Positions 19,560 to 30,892 of a stretch of DNA of 64,000 bases are shown piece by piece. Each line of letters starts with the position of its first letter. The first letter of the stretch is position 1. The stretch covers positions 1,418 to 65,417 of the forward strand of contig CAVWCW010000029.1 in NCBI GenBank assembly GCA_963753615.1. The letters are read 5' to 3'. This DNA comes from an uncultured Gammaproteobacteria bacterium. Its GTDB lineage: Bacteria > Pseudomonadota > Gammaproteobacteria > Chromatiales > Chromatiaceae. Made by a program: the position numbers and the translations under genes. The notes beneath the pieces are model-generated. The model was not told the DNA's origin and did not search any database. It saw only the letters and a program-made list of their open reading frames with translations.

Positions 19560-19795
19560 ATCTGCTTACCGGTCCAGCATGGTTTGACCGAGTGGAGTCC
19601 CTGCTGCCGGAGCACCGTGAGCGTCTGTTTCCGCCCACCGAAACGCTGTCGATGTTCTTGGGCCAGGCACTGAGTGCGGATCGCTCCTGTCAACAGGCGG
19701 TCGATGAGGCGGCGGTCAAGCGCCTTAGCGGCGGCGTCCGCGGCGTACCATGCGATAATGAGGCTGGATCGCTGCTCACTACCGCTGCCCGTTAA
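19560..19795 (+). mobile_element. IS4-like transposase N-terminal fragment (remnant)
   Basis: AWFDRVESLLPEHRERLFPPTETLSMFLGQALSADRSCQQAVDEAAVKRL resembles the N-terminal region of IS4-family transposases. It stops after about 75 codons with no catalytic domain. Confidence 0.45.
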
Positions 19796-20287
19796 TAATC
19801 ACAAGAAGCTTCTAGTTACATATCCGGCGATTCCGCGCATAAGAACAGAAACGTCGGTACGAATTGATTCGATTGCAACTTCGTTAGAGCCATGATCCGT
19901 CTGCTCTTTGATACATACACTACGATCCGATTGAATCACAAATTAAGTTTGGATACCTATTCGTATATAGGGTGTCCGCGTTCGTTGGTTCGCACTGAAA
20001 TCTGACCTTCTGGAAGCAGATTCTTGCATCGAATCCCCAATATCTATCGAGCTTCAGCCAGTCCTTATAGGCCGCTCGGGCATGGGAGCCGTTAGAGGAG
20101 CGATACAGGAATGCCGCGGCAGCATCTCCGGCCCCCATGCGCGGCTGGGTGCCTTTTCCTGCCCGTGGCTGCAAGCAACAGCAGCGTAACCGGTCAAACC
20201 ACACCGAATACGCCGAATTGGGGCACCAGGTCCTCCGGCGGTCTGGACTACAATTTAGGAACAATCATCGGCCGCCGGCGACCCTGA

Positions 20288-21685
<1,398 letters not shown>

Positions 21686-21806
21686 TCTCCCGCCTCCGAC
21701 CGCCCGGCCCTTGCCATCTGCCGGCGCAACCCCATATCCTGGGCAACCTTCCAAGACCGGGCCCAAACCGGCTCAGCAACAATCCCCGGAAAACCAGGAG
21801 AGAAGT

Positions 21807-23216
21807 GTGTCGGAGAGAAAAGTAGACGTCGCCATCATCGGGTCCGGCAGCGCCGGGCTCTACGCCCTGAGCAAAGTCCGCCCGGCGGGCAAGAGCTTCG
21901 TCCTGATCAATGGCGGCGAGCCGGGCACCACCTGCGCCCGGGTCGGCTGCATGCCTTCCAAGGCCCTGATCCAGGTGGCGGAGGATTATCACCGCCGCAC
22001 CATCTTCGGGCGCTACGGGATCGACGGGCACGAAGGTCTGGACCTGGACATCCCCGAAGCCCTGGAGCACGTGCAAGACCTGCGCGACACCTTCGTCGAC
22101 CGCGTGCTGTCCAACAGCACCGACAATCTGGGGGACGAGTTCGTCGAAGGTTATGCCCGCTTCGCAGAACCGAATCTGTTGGAAGTGGACACCGGCGAGC
22201 GCATCCGCGCCGACAAGATCATTATCGCCACCGGGTCGCGCCCGCTGGTGCCGGAAGCCTGGCGGGTATTTGGCGACCGGGTGCTGACCACCGACGACTT
22301 CTTCGAGCAGGAGGATCTGCCGAGTTCGGTGGCGGTAATCGGCATGGGCACCATCGGTCTGGAACTCGGCCAGTCCCTGCAACGCCTGGGCATTCAGGTC
22401 ACCGGCTTCGACCAACTGGAGACCGTCGGCGGGGCCCAGGACCCGGACGTTTGCCACTGCGCCCACGAAATCCTGGGCAAGGAGTTCCCCATCCACCTGG
22501 GCCAGCGCGCCGAGATCAGCGAGGCCGACGACGGCCGGCTGCGGGTCAGCGCCGGCGAGGTATCGGTAGTAGTGGACAAGGTCTTGGCGGCCATGGGCAG
22601 GGCCCCGAACCTGCAGGGCCTGGGGCTGGAAAAACTGGGCTGCGAACTCGACGAACGGGGCATACCCGTCTTCGACCGCAATAGTATGCAGCTGGGCGAG
22701 CTGCCGGTATTTATCGCCGGCGACGTGACCGGCGAGCGCCCGGTGCTGCACGAGGCCGGCGACGAGGGCCGGATAGCGGGGTTTAATGCCGCTGGCGAGC
22801 AGATCCAGCGCTTCCAACGCAAGGTGCCCCTGTTCATCAACTTCTGCGACCCGAATATCTGCATCGTCGGCCAGCGCTGGGACGAACTGGACCAGGAGAC
22901 TACCGCGGTGGGCGAGATCAAGCTGGCGCCGGTGGGCCGGGCCCTGATCATGGGCAAGAACAAGGGCATAATCCGCATCTACGCGGACAAGGCCAGCGGC
23001 CGCCTGCTGGGCGCGGAAATGGTAACCACCAAGGGTGAGAACCTGGCCCACCTGCTGGCCTGGAGCATCAGCCTCGGCCTGAGCGTGGGCGACCTGCTGC
23101 GCATGCCCTTCTACCATCCGGTGATCGAGGAGGCGATGCAAGCCGCCCTGTATGACCTCTACGCCAAGGTGGACAAGAAAAACAAGGGCGGGATTACCGA
23201 GTTGGTGCCTATGTAA
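21807..23216 (+). CDS. Dihydrolipoyl dehydrogenase-like class I pyridine nucleotide-disulfide oxidoreductase
   Basis: VDVAIIGSGSAGLYA is the FAD fold. GTTCARVGCMPSKAL is the redox-active CxxxxC. AVIGMGTIGLELGQ is the NAD fold. The dimerisation C-terminus includes PFYHPVIEE. I chose the GTG at 21807 with AGGAGAG upstream rather than the ORF-track start inside gltD. Confidence 0.85.
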   Translation: MSERKVDVAIIGSGSAGLYALSKVRPAGKSFVLINGGEPGTTCARVGCMPSKALIQVAEDYHRRTIFGRYGIDGHEGLDLDIPEALEHVQDLRDTFVDRVLSNSTDNLGDEFVEGYARFAEPNLLEVDTGERIRADKIIIATGSRPLVPEAWRVFGDRVLTTDDFFEQEDLPSSVAVIGMGTIGLELGQSLQRLGIQVTGFDQLETVGGAQDPDVCHCAHEILGKEFPIHLGQRAEISEADDGRLRVSAGEVSVVVDKVLAAMGRAPNLQGLGLEKLGCELDERGIPVFDRNSMQLGELPVFIAGDVTGERPVLHEAGDEGRIAGFNAAGEQIQRFQRKVPLFINFCDPNICIVGQRWDELDQETTAVGEIKLAPVGRALIMGKNKGIIRIYADKASGRLLGAEMVTTKGENLAHLLAWSISLGLSVGDLLRMPFYHPVIEEAMQAALYDLYAKVDKKNKGGITELVPM

Positions 23217-23308
23217 GCGTACAGCGCGCAGCGCTGAGCCCCGGCGCTGCTGGCAGCAGCATCAGGCCTGTGCCCCCGGGGACTGGCCGGATAAGAATCG
23301 GGCCAGAT

Positions 23309-23902
23309 TCAGTCAGCGTCCGCCGCATCGCCCGCGTGCCGAATCCAATCCGCTAGCGCGGCGGTCTCTCGCCGCAGCAGCCCGTCATCTCGATAGACAT
23401 GGCTAATGAGAGCGATGCCCTGGGCTCGGCCCAGAAGGTGCAATGCCAGGGCATCGGCGCGCTCACCCTGGCCCAATTCCTCGAACCGCTGCGCCAGCCA
23501 ACTGCGGAACAGGTCGAACAGGGCGCGCGCCGCCTGCTGCAGCTCGACTCGGTCCTTTCCCAACTCGGTATTCAGGCTGCCTATAGGACAGCCGTAGCGC
23601 ACCAATTCGTGGTTGCGACCGGTAATCATTTCCACCAGTGCCAGCATCCGATCCCGGGGGTCGCTGCGCTCGCGCTCCCAGGCATCAAGCAGGGCGCGGA
23701 ATTCTGCGAGGCGGCTTTCGATCACCGCCTGCAGCATGTCGTCCTTGGTCTTGAAGTAATGGTAGATATTGCCCCGGTGCAGACCCGTTGCCTGCACGAT
23801 GTCGGTGAACGACGTGCGATTGTAGCCCTGGTGATAAAACAATCGCTTGGCGTGATCGACTATGTTGGCGCGTGTTTTGGCGCCCTTGTTGGCCAGGGCC
23901 AT
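23309..23902 (-). CDS. TetR/AcrR family transcriptional regulator
   Basis: TRANIVDHAKRLFYHQGYNRTSFTDIVQATGLHRGNIYHYFKTKDDML is a canonical TetR HTH. The ATG is at 23902. Confidence 0.9.
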   Translation of the reverse strand: MALANKGAKTRANIVDHAKRLFYHQGYNRTSFTDIVQATGLHRGNIYHYFKTKDDMLQAVIESRLAEFRALLDAWERERSDPRDRMLALVEMITGRNHELVRYGCPIGSLNTELGKDRVELQQAARALFDLFRSWLAQRFEELGQGERADALALHLLGRAQGIALISHVYRDDGLLRRETAALADWIRHAGDAADAD

Positions 23903-24019
23903 GGGATGTCTCCGAACTCGGTTAAGGCCGACGCTGCCAGCGCCCGCGGCCGGCTGCAAGCCGCCAGGATACGCCCAGCGGGGTCAATCATGAAATCCCC
24001 CGGCGAACCAACGCTCCGC

Positions 24020-25029
24020 TTACGCCAGGGGCCTGGCCATAGGCATCGGGCGCCCCTGCTGCTTTTGCATCTCCTGCATTTGTAAGCGAATGGCCTCGCG
24101 CCAGCCATAGCGGGGCGCGTAACCGAGAAGCGCCCGGGCCTTGGCGTTGTCGGCGCCGGTTTCTTCCAGCAGGTGCACGATGCTGCGGGTGACCAGCGGC
24201 TCCCAGGGCAGCATCGGGTCCAGCCATTCCATCAGCCCCGCAAATCGGTACGCGAGCCCGAACGACACCCCGAAGTGGGGCGTCGGCAATCCATATTCCT
24301 GCTGCAGCCAAGTCAGCACCTCGCGCACGCTCGGCACCTCCGGCCCGACGATATTAATACCCTCGAACGCCTCCAATCCCTCGGCGGTGGCCGCCAGGGC
24401 GAAGGCCTCACCGATATCGCGCCCGTCCAGGATCGGCATCCCGGTGCGTCCTCCCGCGACCCAAGGGACCAGGTGGGTTTTCAGGCGTGGCACCAGGATC
24501 GGCAACAGGCCTAGTCCGTAGCGGCGTCCGGCGAAAAGACCCAGGCGCAGATTCACCACCCGAAACCCCGCGCCGGAAGATTCACGCAAGCGCTCCTCAA
24601 TCGCCACCACGTTGCTCAAGTGGGGCCAGAAGGCCCGCGGGATCCCGGGCTGGCCGCATCCACCGAGCGCCCTGGAGCCGCCGCGCTGCTGGTGCTGGTA
24701 TTGACGAAGCGCCGCACCCCCGCCTTACGCGCGGTCTCGATCAGGGCCAGGCTCGGTTCGAGAAACAGCCGTCGCGATGCCTCGGCATGCCCCCACAGCG
24801 AGGTCCAAGCGGCTGCGTGGCAGACCACGTCTATGTCCTGAACCAGGGTTCGCAGATAGTCGGGGTCACGCAGATCTCCTTCCCGCACCTCGGCCGCGAG
24901 TCCGGATGCCAACCGGGCTCGATCGCGGCAGGCGGCCACTACCCGAACCGACTTCCGGCTCGCCAGCGCTTCCAACACATGGCTGCCGACGAAGCCGGTC
25001 GCGCCGGTAACCAGTATGGTCTTTTCCAT
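24020..25029 (-). pseudogene. NAD-dependent epimerase/dehydratase (SDR), split by one frameshift near 24640-24685
   Basis: N-terminal piece: MEKTILVTGATGFVGSHVLEAL (Rossmann GxxGxxG), ORF 24616-25029. C-terminal piece: ...GIPRAFWPHLSNVVAIEERL...ARALLGYAPRYGWREAI, ORF 24020-24619 in another frame. Confidence 0.8.
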
Positions 25030-25143
25030 TCATAGACTCCAATTTTGGATGCTCGTCCAATTATTCTAAGACAACTATCCAATTAATCAAGCGATCGAAA
25101 GCGGTGATGTTGGCGCAAACGAGGCTGAGAGGGATCGGAGTTT

Positions 25144-25230
25144 AGCCCGGATATTTCACCAGGCCGCCAGGCGGGTGCGCATAAGCGGCTGGAAATCAGA
25201 AACCTTGAATAGAACTTGGGAGGCGCCTGC
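25144..25230 (+). repeat. Solo copy of the ~90-bp repeat also found, inverted, at 42762-42848
   Basis: AGCCCGGATATTTCACCAGGCCGCCAGGCGGgTGCGC..AAGC...TGGAAAT..GA.ACC.TGAATAGAACT.GGGAGGCG.CTGC aligns at about 85 percent identity with the reverse complement of 42762-42848. It lies in the intergenic gap between the MFS stop and the SDR start. Confidence 0.8.
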
Positions 25231-25236
25231 CGGCGC

Positions 25237-26520
25237 CTAGCGCCCCTCGAAAGCCAGGGCCGCGCGCCGGCCCTCGTCCTCATCCACGAACGTGAGCACC
25301 AGAGCACCGGCAACGAACAGCACCGCCACCGAAAGGATCGAGGCCCGGGGACTGCCGGTCAGTACCCCCACCCAGCCCATGATCATAGGGCCCAGCACGA
25401 CGGCAAACTTGCCGAGCATATTGTAGAAGCCGAAGAATTCGCCGGCCTTGTCGGCCGGGATCATACGCGCATACATGGAGCGGCTGAGGCTCTGGATGCC
25501 CCCCTGCACCAGACCGATGGCGACCGCCAACCCATAGAACTCCCAGGTCTGTTCCATTTGATAGGCCCAGAGAAGAACCAGAAAATAGACAAAGATGGCC
25601 AGCATAATGCCCTGGCGGGGGCCCCGGGACTGGCCCAGGCGACCGAATACCAGGGCGGAGGGAAATCCCACCAGCTGGGTAATGAGCAGGGCCAGCAGCA
25701 GATTGTTGGCATCGAACCCCAAAGACAGTCCATAGTCCACCGCCATGCGGACGATGGTGTCGACGCCGTCGATGTACAGCCAGTAGGCGGCGAGGAACAG
25801 AAAGGTCATGCGCAATTCGCGCACCCGGGCGAAGGTGGCCGCGAGCTGCCGCACGGCGCCACTCAAGGCCGGGCCCCAGCCGACCGCCCGCTCGGGCTTG
25901 GACTCGTGCACGAACAGCATTACCGGCAGCGAAAACAGGGCCCACCAGAGGGCGACGCTGAGAAACGACAGGCGCACCGCCTCGGCCGCATCGGCCAGTC
26001 CGAACCACTGGGGCTGCAGGGTCATCAAGACATCGAAGGCAAACAGCAATCCACCGCCCAGGTAGCCAAGACCGAAACCCAGGGCCGAGACCCAGTCCAG
26101 GGTCGACTCCTCGGCCACCTCCACCAGCAGGGCATCGTAGAAGATGTTGCCGCCGGAAAAGCCGAGGATAGCCGCACCGTAAAGCAGCAGGGCCGCCAGC
26201 CAGCCGCCCTGGGAGACCAGAAACAGGCAGCCGGTCATGACCACGCCCATGGCGGCGAAGAACAGCAAAAAACGCTTCTTGGCCCCGCTGCGATCGGCGA
26301 GCGCACCGAGCAGCGGGGCCAGCACCACCACCAGCAGGCTGGCACTGGAGTTGACGACCCCGAGCCAAAAGGTGCTGTCTACCGCCGCCTTGTCAGCGGC
26401 CCAGTACTGCTTGAAGAAGACCGGAAAGAAACCCGCCATTACAACCGTGGCAAAGGCGGAGTTGGCCCAATCGTAGAGGGCCCAGGAGAGGTGCGGGGCC
26501 AGAGCGACGCGCCTGATCAT
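25237..26520 (-). CDS. MFS transporter (UMF1/Atg22-like)
   Basis: SWALYDWANSAFATVVMAGFFPVFFKQYW...LADRSGAKKRFLLFF is typical of the UMF1 family. About 12 hydrophobic segments. The ATG is at 26520. Confidence 0.85.
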   Translation of the reverse strand: MIRRVALAPHLSWALYDWANSAFATVVMAGFFPVFFKQYWAADKAAVDSTFWLGVVNSSASLLVVVLAPLLGALADRSGAKKRFLLFFAAMGVVMTGCLFLVSQGGWLAALLLYGAAILGFSGGNIFYDALLVEVAEESTLDWVSALGFGLGYLGGGLLFAFDVLMTLQPQWFGLADAAEAVRLSFLSVALWWALFSLPVMLFVHESKPERAVGWGPALSGAVRQLAATFARVRELRMTFLFLAAYWLYIDGVDTIVRMAVDYGLSLGFDANNLLLALLITQLVGFPSALVFGRLGQSRGPRQGIMLAIFVYFLVLLWAYQMEQTWEFYGLAVAIGLVQGGIQSLSRSMYARMIPADKAGEFFGFYNMLGKFAVVLGPMIMGWVGVLTGSPRASILSVAVLFVAGALVLTFVDEDEGRRAALAFEGR

Positions 26521-26548
26521 GGCGGGGCCGCTTCCGGAAGGGATAGGT

Positions 26549-27172
26549 CTAGTCCTCTTGCTCGGAGAAGTTCGCAAGCATCGCCATCTTCACCAGGTCG
26601 GCCAGGGAATTGGCTTGCATCTTGTCCATGACCCGCGCCCGGTGCGCCTCCACCGTCTTGGCGCTCACCCCGAGCCGGGTGGCAATCTCCTTGTTGGACT
26701 GACCGCTGGTGACCATACCCATGACCTCGAGTTCACGCGGGGTCAGATGGGCCAGGCGAGCCGCAATCTCGGCGCGCTGGGCCTGCTCGCTGCGCAGTTC
26801 CTGATCCAGGGTCAGGGCGTTGCGAATGGAATCCAGCAGTATCTCGTCGTTGAACGGTTTTTCGATGAAGTCCACGGCCCCCGCCTTCATCGCCCGAACC
26901 GCCATCGGTACGTCGCCGTGACCGGTGATGATGATAATCGGGATGCGAATGTTTTCTTGCAGGAAGTGTTCCTGCAGATCGAGACCGCTCATGCCGGGCA
27001 TGCGCACGTCGAGCAGCAGGCAACCCGAGCGTCCGGGGTAGTAGCCCTCGATAAAGGCATCAGCAGAGGCATAGGTCTCCACGTTCATGCCGATGGACTC
27101 GATCAACCACTTGAGGGAATTGCGCATTGCCTGGTCGTCGTCGACGACAAACACGGTCTTGTCCTGGTGCAT
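26549..27172 (-). CDS. FixJ/LuxR-family response regulator
   Basis: REC domain: VFVVDDDQAMRNSL...LLLDVRMPGMSGLDLQ...IIITGHGDVPMAVRAMKAGAVDFIEKP. LuxR HTH: LTPRELEVMGMVTSGQSNKEIATRLGVSAKTVEAHR. The ATG at 27172 overlaps the kinase stop (TGATG). Confidence 0.9.
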   Translation of the reverse strand: MHQDKTVFVVDDDQAMRNSLKWLIESIGMNVETYASADAFIEGYYPGRSGCLLLDVRMPGMSGLDLQEHFLQENIRIPIIIITGHGDVPMAVRAMKAGAVDFIEKPFNDEILLDSIRNALTLDQELRSEQAQRAEIAARLAHLTPRELEVMGMVTSGQSNKEIATRLGVSAKTVEAHRARVMDKMQANSLADLVKMAMLANFSEQED

Positions 27173-29751
27173 CAGCAAACTCCTGAAACTTGTTCTTGGT
27201 TCGTCGTATACATATAGGTTGGCAGCACCAGGGTGAACTGGCTGCCGCCGCCGGGGATCGATTCCGCCGCGATACGCCCGCCATGGTCTTCGACGATGGT
27301 CTTGCTAATGGCTAGCCCCATGCCCATGCCGCTCGTCTTGGTGGAGAAAAAGGGCTCGAACAAATGGCGCATGTCGGTATCCGGGATCCCCGGTCCGGTA
27401 TCACTTACGGTTACCCGAACGCTATCTTCGCCCCAGGCACTGGTGTGGATGCTGAGAAAGCGCTGAAACTCCGGAACCCGCTCCAGGGCATCCATCGCAT
27501 TGCGCACCAGATTCAACAGCACCTGTTCGATCTGCACCAGGTCGACCCGTACCGGCAGCGCCTCGGGGCTGAGGTCCAGATGGATCTCGATCCCCAGCTT
27601 GCGCATATCGTACTCGACAAAGGAGCAGACCTCACGCACCATGTCGTTGATTTCCACACTGCTGCGCACCGGCGGCTGACGCGCAACCAGGTTGCGCAGG
27701 CGGCGGATGATCTCGCCGGCGCGTTCGGCCTGCAGAGAGATCTGCTCCAGCACCTCCAACATCGTCTGGTTGTCGAAATTGCCGCTGCGTACTCGGCGCA
27801 TGGCCCCGCGAGCGAAGTTTACGATGGCCGACAGAGGCTGGTTCAGCTCGTGCGCCATACCGGTCGACATCTCACCCATACTGGAGAGCCGGCACACGTG
27901 CACCAACTCTGCATGGTGCTGGCGCGATTGCTGCTCAGCCAGCCGCTCCTCGGTAATGTCGCGACCGTACACATTGACGTAGTCCAGCCCCGGAACCGGC
28001 GCCAGCAACAGGGAATAGATGCGCTCGCCCTGATGGATCTCATGCTCCCGCGGGCGATCAGTCTCCAGGCTCTCGGCCACCTTATTGCTCCAGAACAGGG
28101 GCAGGGTCTGACCGCGGCTCACCCCCCAGTAGCTCAGCAGGGGCTCGCTGGCGGCATTGGCGAACAGGATCACGCCGCGCCGGTTCACACGCAGGATCGG
28201 GCTCGGGCTCTCGCTGGCGAACCGAGCGAGATTCGACATTTCGCGTTCCACCCGCTGGCGCCTGGTAATGTCGTGGAGGTAGACGGTGCAGGTCTGGCGT
28301 GACTCCAGTTGGATGGCGACGATCTCCACCTCGAGCGGAAACTCCGAGCCATCGGATCGCACACCGACCATCTGGCTGGGCGCCTCCGCCGCCCCGCTGC
28401 CTGGGAAACTCCGGCATGCCGCCAACAGCTGGGCGAACGCAGCGCGGCTGCGTTTTGCCAACAACAGGCTTGGCAAGTCGCAGCCGATGAGATCGGAGCG
28501 CCGATAGCGGAACAGCTTCTCGGTGGTAGCGTTGGACTCGATGATCTCTCCCGACTCCTCGATGGTGACGATGCCGTCGCGGGCGGTGTCCATGATCACG
28601 CTCTTGAGGATTTCGGACTCGCGCATCTCGCTCTCGTGGCGGCTACGCATCTCGTCTCGCGCCGCCAGCACCAGACGGATGAACTGGTTGACCCAGCTTT
28701 CCAACTGAAGCAGCTGATTGCCGCCGCGCAGCGGCGGGCGCTCGAAACCCAGAGCCCGGCTCGAAAAGCGCGACAGCCGCCGCAGCACGAAATTGAGCCG
28801 CGCCGAAATCAGGAACATCACCAGGGTGAAAGCGGCTATGAATACTGCCGCGGCGATCACCCGCTGGCGCCGCTCAAGGGCCAGGATCTGACCGTTGGTG
28901 GAAGACGCCCCGTTCCAGGGGACGAAGGTGGCGAACTCAAGGTTGAGATCCGACCCCCGGTAGTCGAAAAACGACTGCGAGGTCACCAGGAATTTGCCCT
29001 CCCAGAACTCGACCCGGCTGCCTGCCGGCATCGCCCCGGGGTCGCTGCTGGCCAGGATTCGCTGTTCCTCCCCGTCCAGCACCGCCACGACCCCTTGCTC
29101 TTCCACCACCCCCTGCTGAGAGGCATGCAAAAAGACGTCGTCGATCGGCACCAGAAGCATCAGTGAGCCGACTTCCAGGCCCGCATTGTCGCGCACCTGC
29201 TCGGCCGCGATCAGGTAAGGGGCCCCGTTGAGGGCAGTCAGATAGACTTGGACCTGGCTCTCGTTCAGGTAGAGATCGGCCAGCTGCATCAGGTCCCGGG
29301 GCAGGGGCTTGCCGGCGAACAGGAAGAGTTCCCGGGGACGGCCCTCGGTGTCGAACAGCAGGGCGTGGCTCGGACGCGCCACGGAATGCCAGAACGGCGC
29401 CTCCGGCATCCAATCCGGCCAGCGCTCCGAATAGACTTCCAGTTGGGCCGGCTCAGGGTCGAACCAGGCAAAGCCATCCAGATAATTGACCATGCGCCGG
29501 TGGTTGGCCATCAGCTGCAGGGTAGCGGCGTAACTCTCGGTGTAGTGTTCGAAGCGGTGAAAACCGTCTTGGGCCTCACGATCGAGGCGGGCCTCGAGGT
29601 CGCTACGGAAGATTTCCTCCAGGGCCCGCGACTGCAGGGGATCCAGCACCACCCAAACCACGGCGCCGCAGGCCAATCCAAACAGGAGCGACACCACCGG
29701 AATCGGCAGAGAGCGCAGGGCGCGGTGGAAGAAACTTCGACGCAGCGGCAT
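27172..29751 (-). CDS. Sensor histidine kinase with a large periplasmic/TM N-terminus and PAS domains (FixL/DctS-like H-box)
   Basis: H-box GEMSTGMAHELNQPLSAI; ATPase motifs LLNLVRNAMDAL, DTGPGI and GMGMGLAISKTIVEDHGG. Two PAS-like segments are present. Confidence 0.9.
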   Translation of the reverse strand: MPLRRSFFHRALRSLPIPVVSLLFGLACGAVVWVVLDPLQSRALEEIFRSDLEARLDREAQDGFHRFEHYTESYAATLQLMANHRRMVNYLDGFAWFDPEPAQLEVYSERWPDWMPEAPFWHSVARPSHALLFDTEGRPRELFLFAGKPLPRDLMQLADLYLNESQVQVYLTALNGAPYLIAAEQVRDNAGLEVGSLMLLVPIDDVFLHASQQGVVEEQGVVAVLDGEEQRILASSDPGAMPAGSRVEFWEGKFLVTSQSFFDYRGSDLNLEFATFVPWNGASSTNGQILALERRQRVIAAAVFIAAFTLVMFLISARLNFVLRRLSRFSSRALGFERPPLRGGNQLLQLESWVNQFIRLVLAARDEMRSRHESEMRESEILKSVIMDTARDGIVTIEESGEIIESNATTEKLFRYRRSDLIGCDLPSLLLAKRSRAAFAQLLAACRSFPGSGAAEAPSQMVGVRSDGSEFPLEVEIVAIQLESRQTCTVYLHDITRRQRVEREMSNLARFASESPSPILRVNRRGVILFANAASEPLLSYWGVSRGQTLPLFWSNKVAESLETDRPREHEIHQGERIYSLLLAPVPGLDYVNVYGRDITEERLAEQQSRQHHAELVHVCRLSSMGEMSTGMAHELNQPLSAIVNFARGAMRRVRSGNFDNQTMLEVLEQISLQAERAGEIIRRLRNLVARQPPVRSSVEINDMVREVCSFVEYDMRKLGIEIHLDLSPEALPVRVDLVQIEQVLLNLVRNAMDALERVPEFQRFLSIHTSAWGEDSVRVTVSDTGPGIPDTDMRHLFEPFFSTKTSGMGMGLAISKTIVEDHGGRIAAESIPGGGSQFTLVLPTYMYTTNQEQVSGVC

Positions 29752-29828
29752 TTCAGAATGCGGACCAAACCCTCACGGTGGGCCCGATGCCCACTCTCGG
29801 ACTGGCCCGAGGCCCTGAAACTAGCAGC

Positions 29829-30218
29829 TTATGGCGGTATTTCCAAGCCTTTGCCGTAACCGCTGCCCGCGGCCGGGCGACCCGGCATGGTCGCGTCGAG
29901 GGCGGTGTCCGGTACCGCCATCAACTCGTTCAGCGCGTTGCGGGTCGCATCGTCCAAATGCTGAAACGCCAAACCCACCCCGCCGCCGCGACTATGAACC
30001 ACGCGCGCATCGGCGACACAGAAGTGCTCCGCATCGGGCCCCGGCAGGTACAGGTACACCCGCAACTTTTCGTCCCTGGGCACAGTGACCCGGCCGGTAT
30101 CGACGAACATGCCGCCGCGACCGAGATCGCGCATGCAACCGCTCAGCATCCCTAGCTTCGGGTAGCTGAGGACGACCTGCAATTCCAACCGGCGGCGTAT
30201 ACTGGATCTTGAATCCAC
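29829..30218 (-). CDS. PilZ domain protein
   Basis: IRRRLELQVVL...GCMRDLGRGGMFVDTG matches the RxxxR ... (D/N)xSxxG-type PilZ pattern in a 129-aa protein. Confidence 0.7.
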   Translation of the reverse strand: MDSRSSIRRRLELQVVLSYPKLGMLSGCMRDLGRGGMFVDTGRVTVPRDEKLRVYLYLPGPDAEHFCVADARVVHSRGGGVGLAFQHLDDATRNALNELMAVPDTALDATMPGRPAAGSGYGKGLEIPP

Positions 30219-30411
30219 TACCCCATCCTCCTTTGGTTGCCACCCGCTGCCCCTCGGAGCGCGGGCTGGTGCAAACCATCACCATCGGCCGGCCCTCTGT
30301 CGGGGCCTGTCTTGTGCCGATCATATCGGCTAGTATCCCCTTTTCGTTTCCGCAGCGTAATTCGGAAACGCACCCATCGAATCAGGGTAAACCCTTAGAC
30401 TCCTACCGCGA

Positions 30412-30888
30412 ATGCCCCCTCAAGACCTTATCGACTTCGAACACGCCGCCACCCCGGGCCTGCTTCGGCGCCTCGCGGCCATCGGTTACGACTGCCTGCT
30501 GCTGATCGCACTCTACGTGCTTGTCGGCGCCCTGGTAGTGTTGCCCGCGGGCATGCTTTTCGGGGTCCCGGAGCCCGCCAGCGACGCACTGGTACGTCTA
30601 CTGTTGCAGCTGCTGCTGACCCTGGTGACCCTCGGGTTTTTTGTCGGCTTCTGGCTGCACGGCGGCCAGACGCTCGGCATGCGCGCCTGGCGCGTCCGAG
30701 TAGTGCGTGCCGATGGACGCCCCCTGCACGCCGGCAACGCCTTGCTGCGGGCCCTGGGTGCGCTGTTGTCATGGGCGACCCTGGGGCTGGGTTTCCTGTG
30801 GATGCTCGTGGATCGAGACCGCCTGACCTGGCACGACCGGATCTCCGCCACCCGGCTGGTGCTGCTGCGCAAGTCGGAGCGACACTGA
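30412..30888 (+). CDS. RDD family membrane protein
   Basis: LLRRLAAIGYDCLLLIAL...GGQTLGMRAWRVRVVRADG...LTWHDRISATRLV is the RDD family signature with 3 TM helices. Confidence 0.8.
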   Translation: MPPQDLIDFEHAATPGLLRRLAAIGYDCLLLIALYVLVGALVVLPAGMLFGVPEPASDALVRLLLQLLLTLVTLGFFVGFWLHGGQTLGMRAWRVRVVRADGRPLHAGNALLRALGALLSWATLGLGFLWMLVDRDRLTWHDRISATRLVLLRKSERH

Positions 30889-30892
30889 GGCG

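Noticed and set aside
19920-20264. 114-aa minus-strand ORF between the IS remnants and gltD
   Set aside because: It has no family resemblance and spans a GC-content transition. It probably covers the gltD promoter region, and there is no RBS or start context worth trusting.
25216-26631. 471-aa ORF on the plus strand
   Set aside because: It is antisense to the MFS transporter gene, which has a clear UMF1-type sequence and hydrophobic periodicity.
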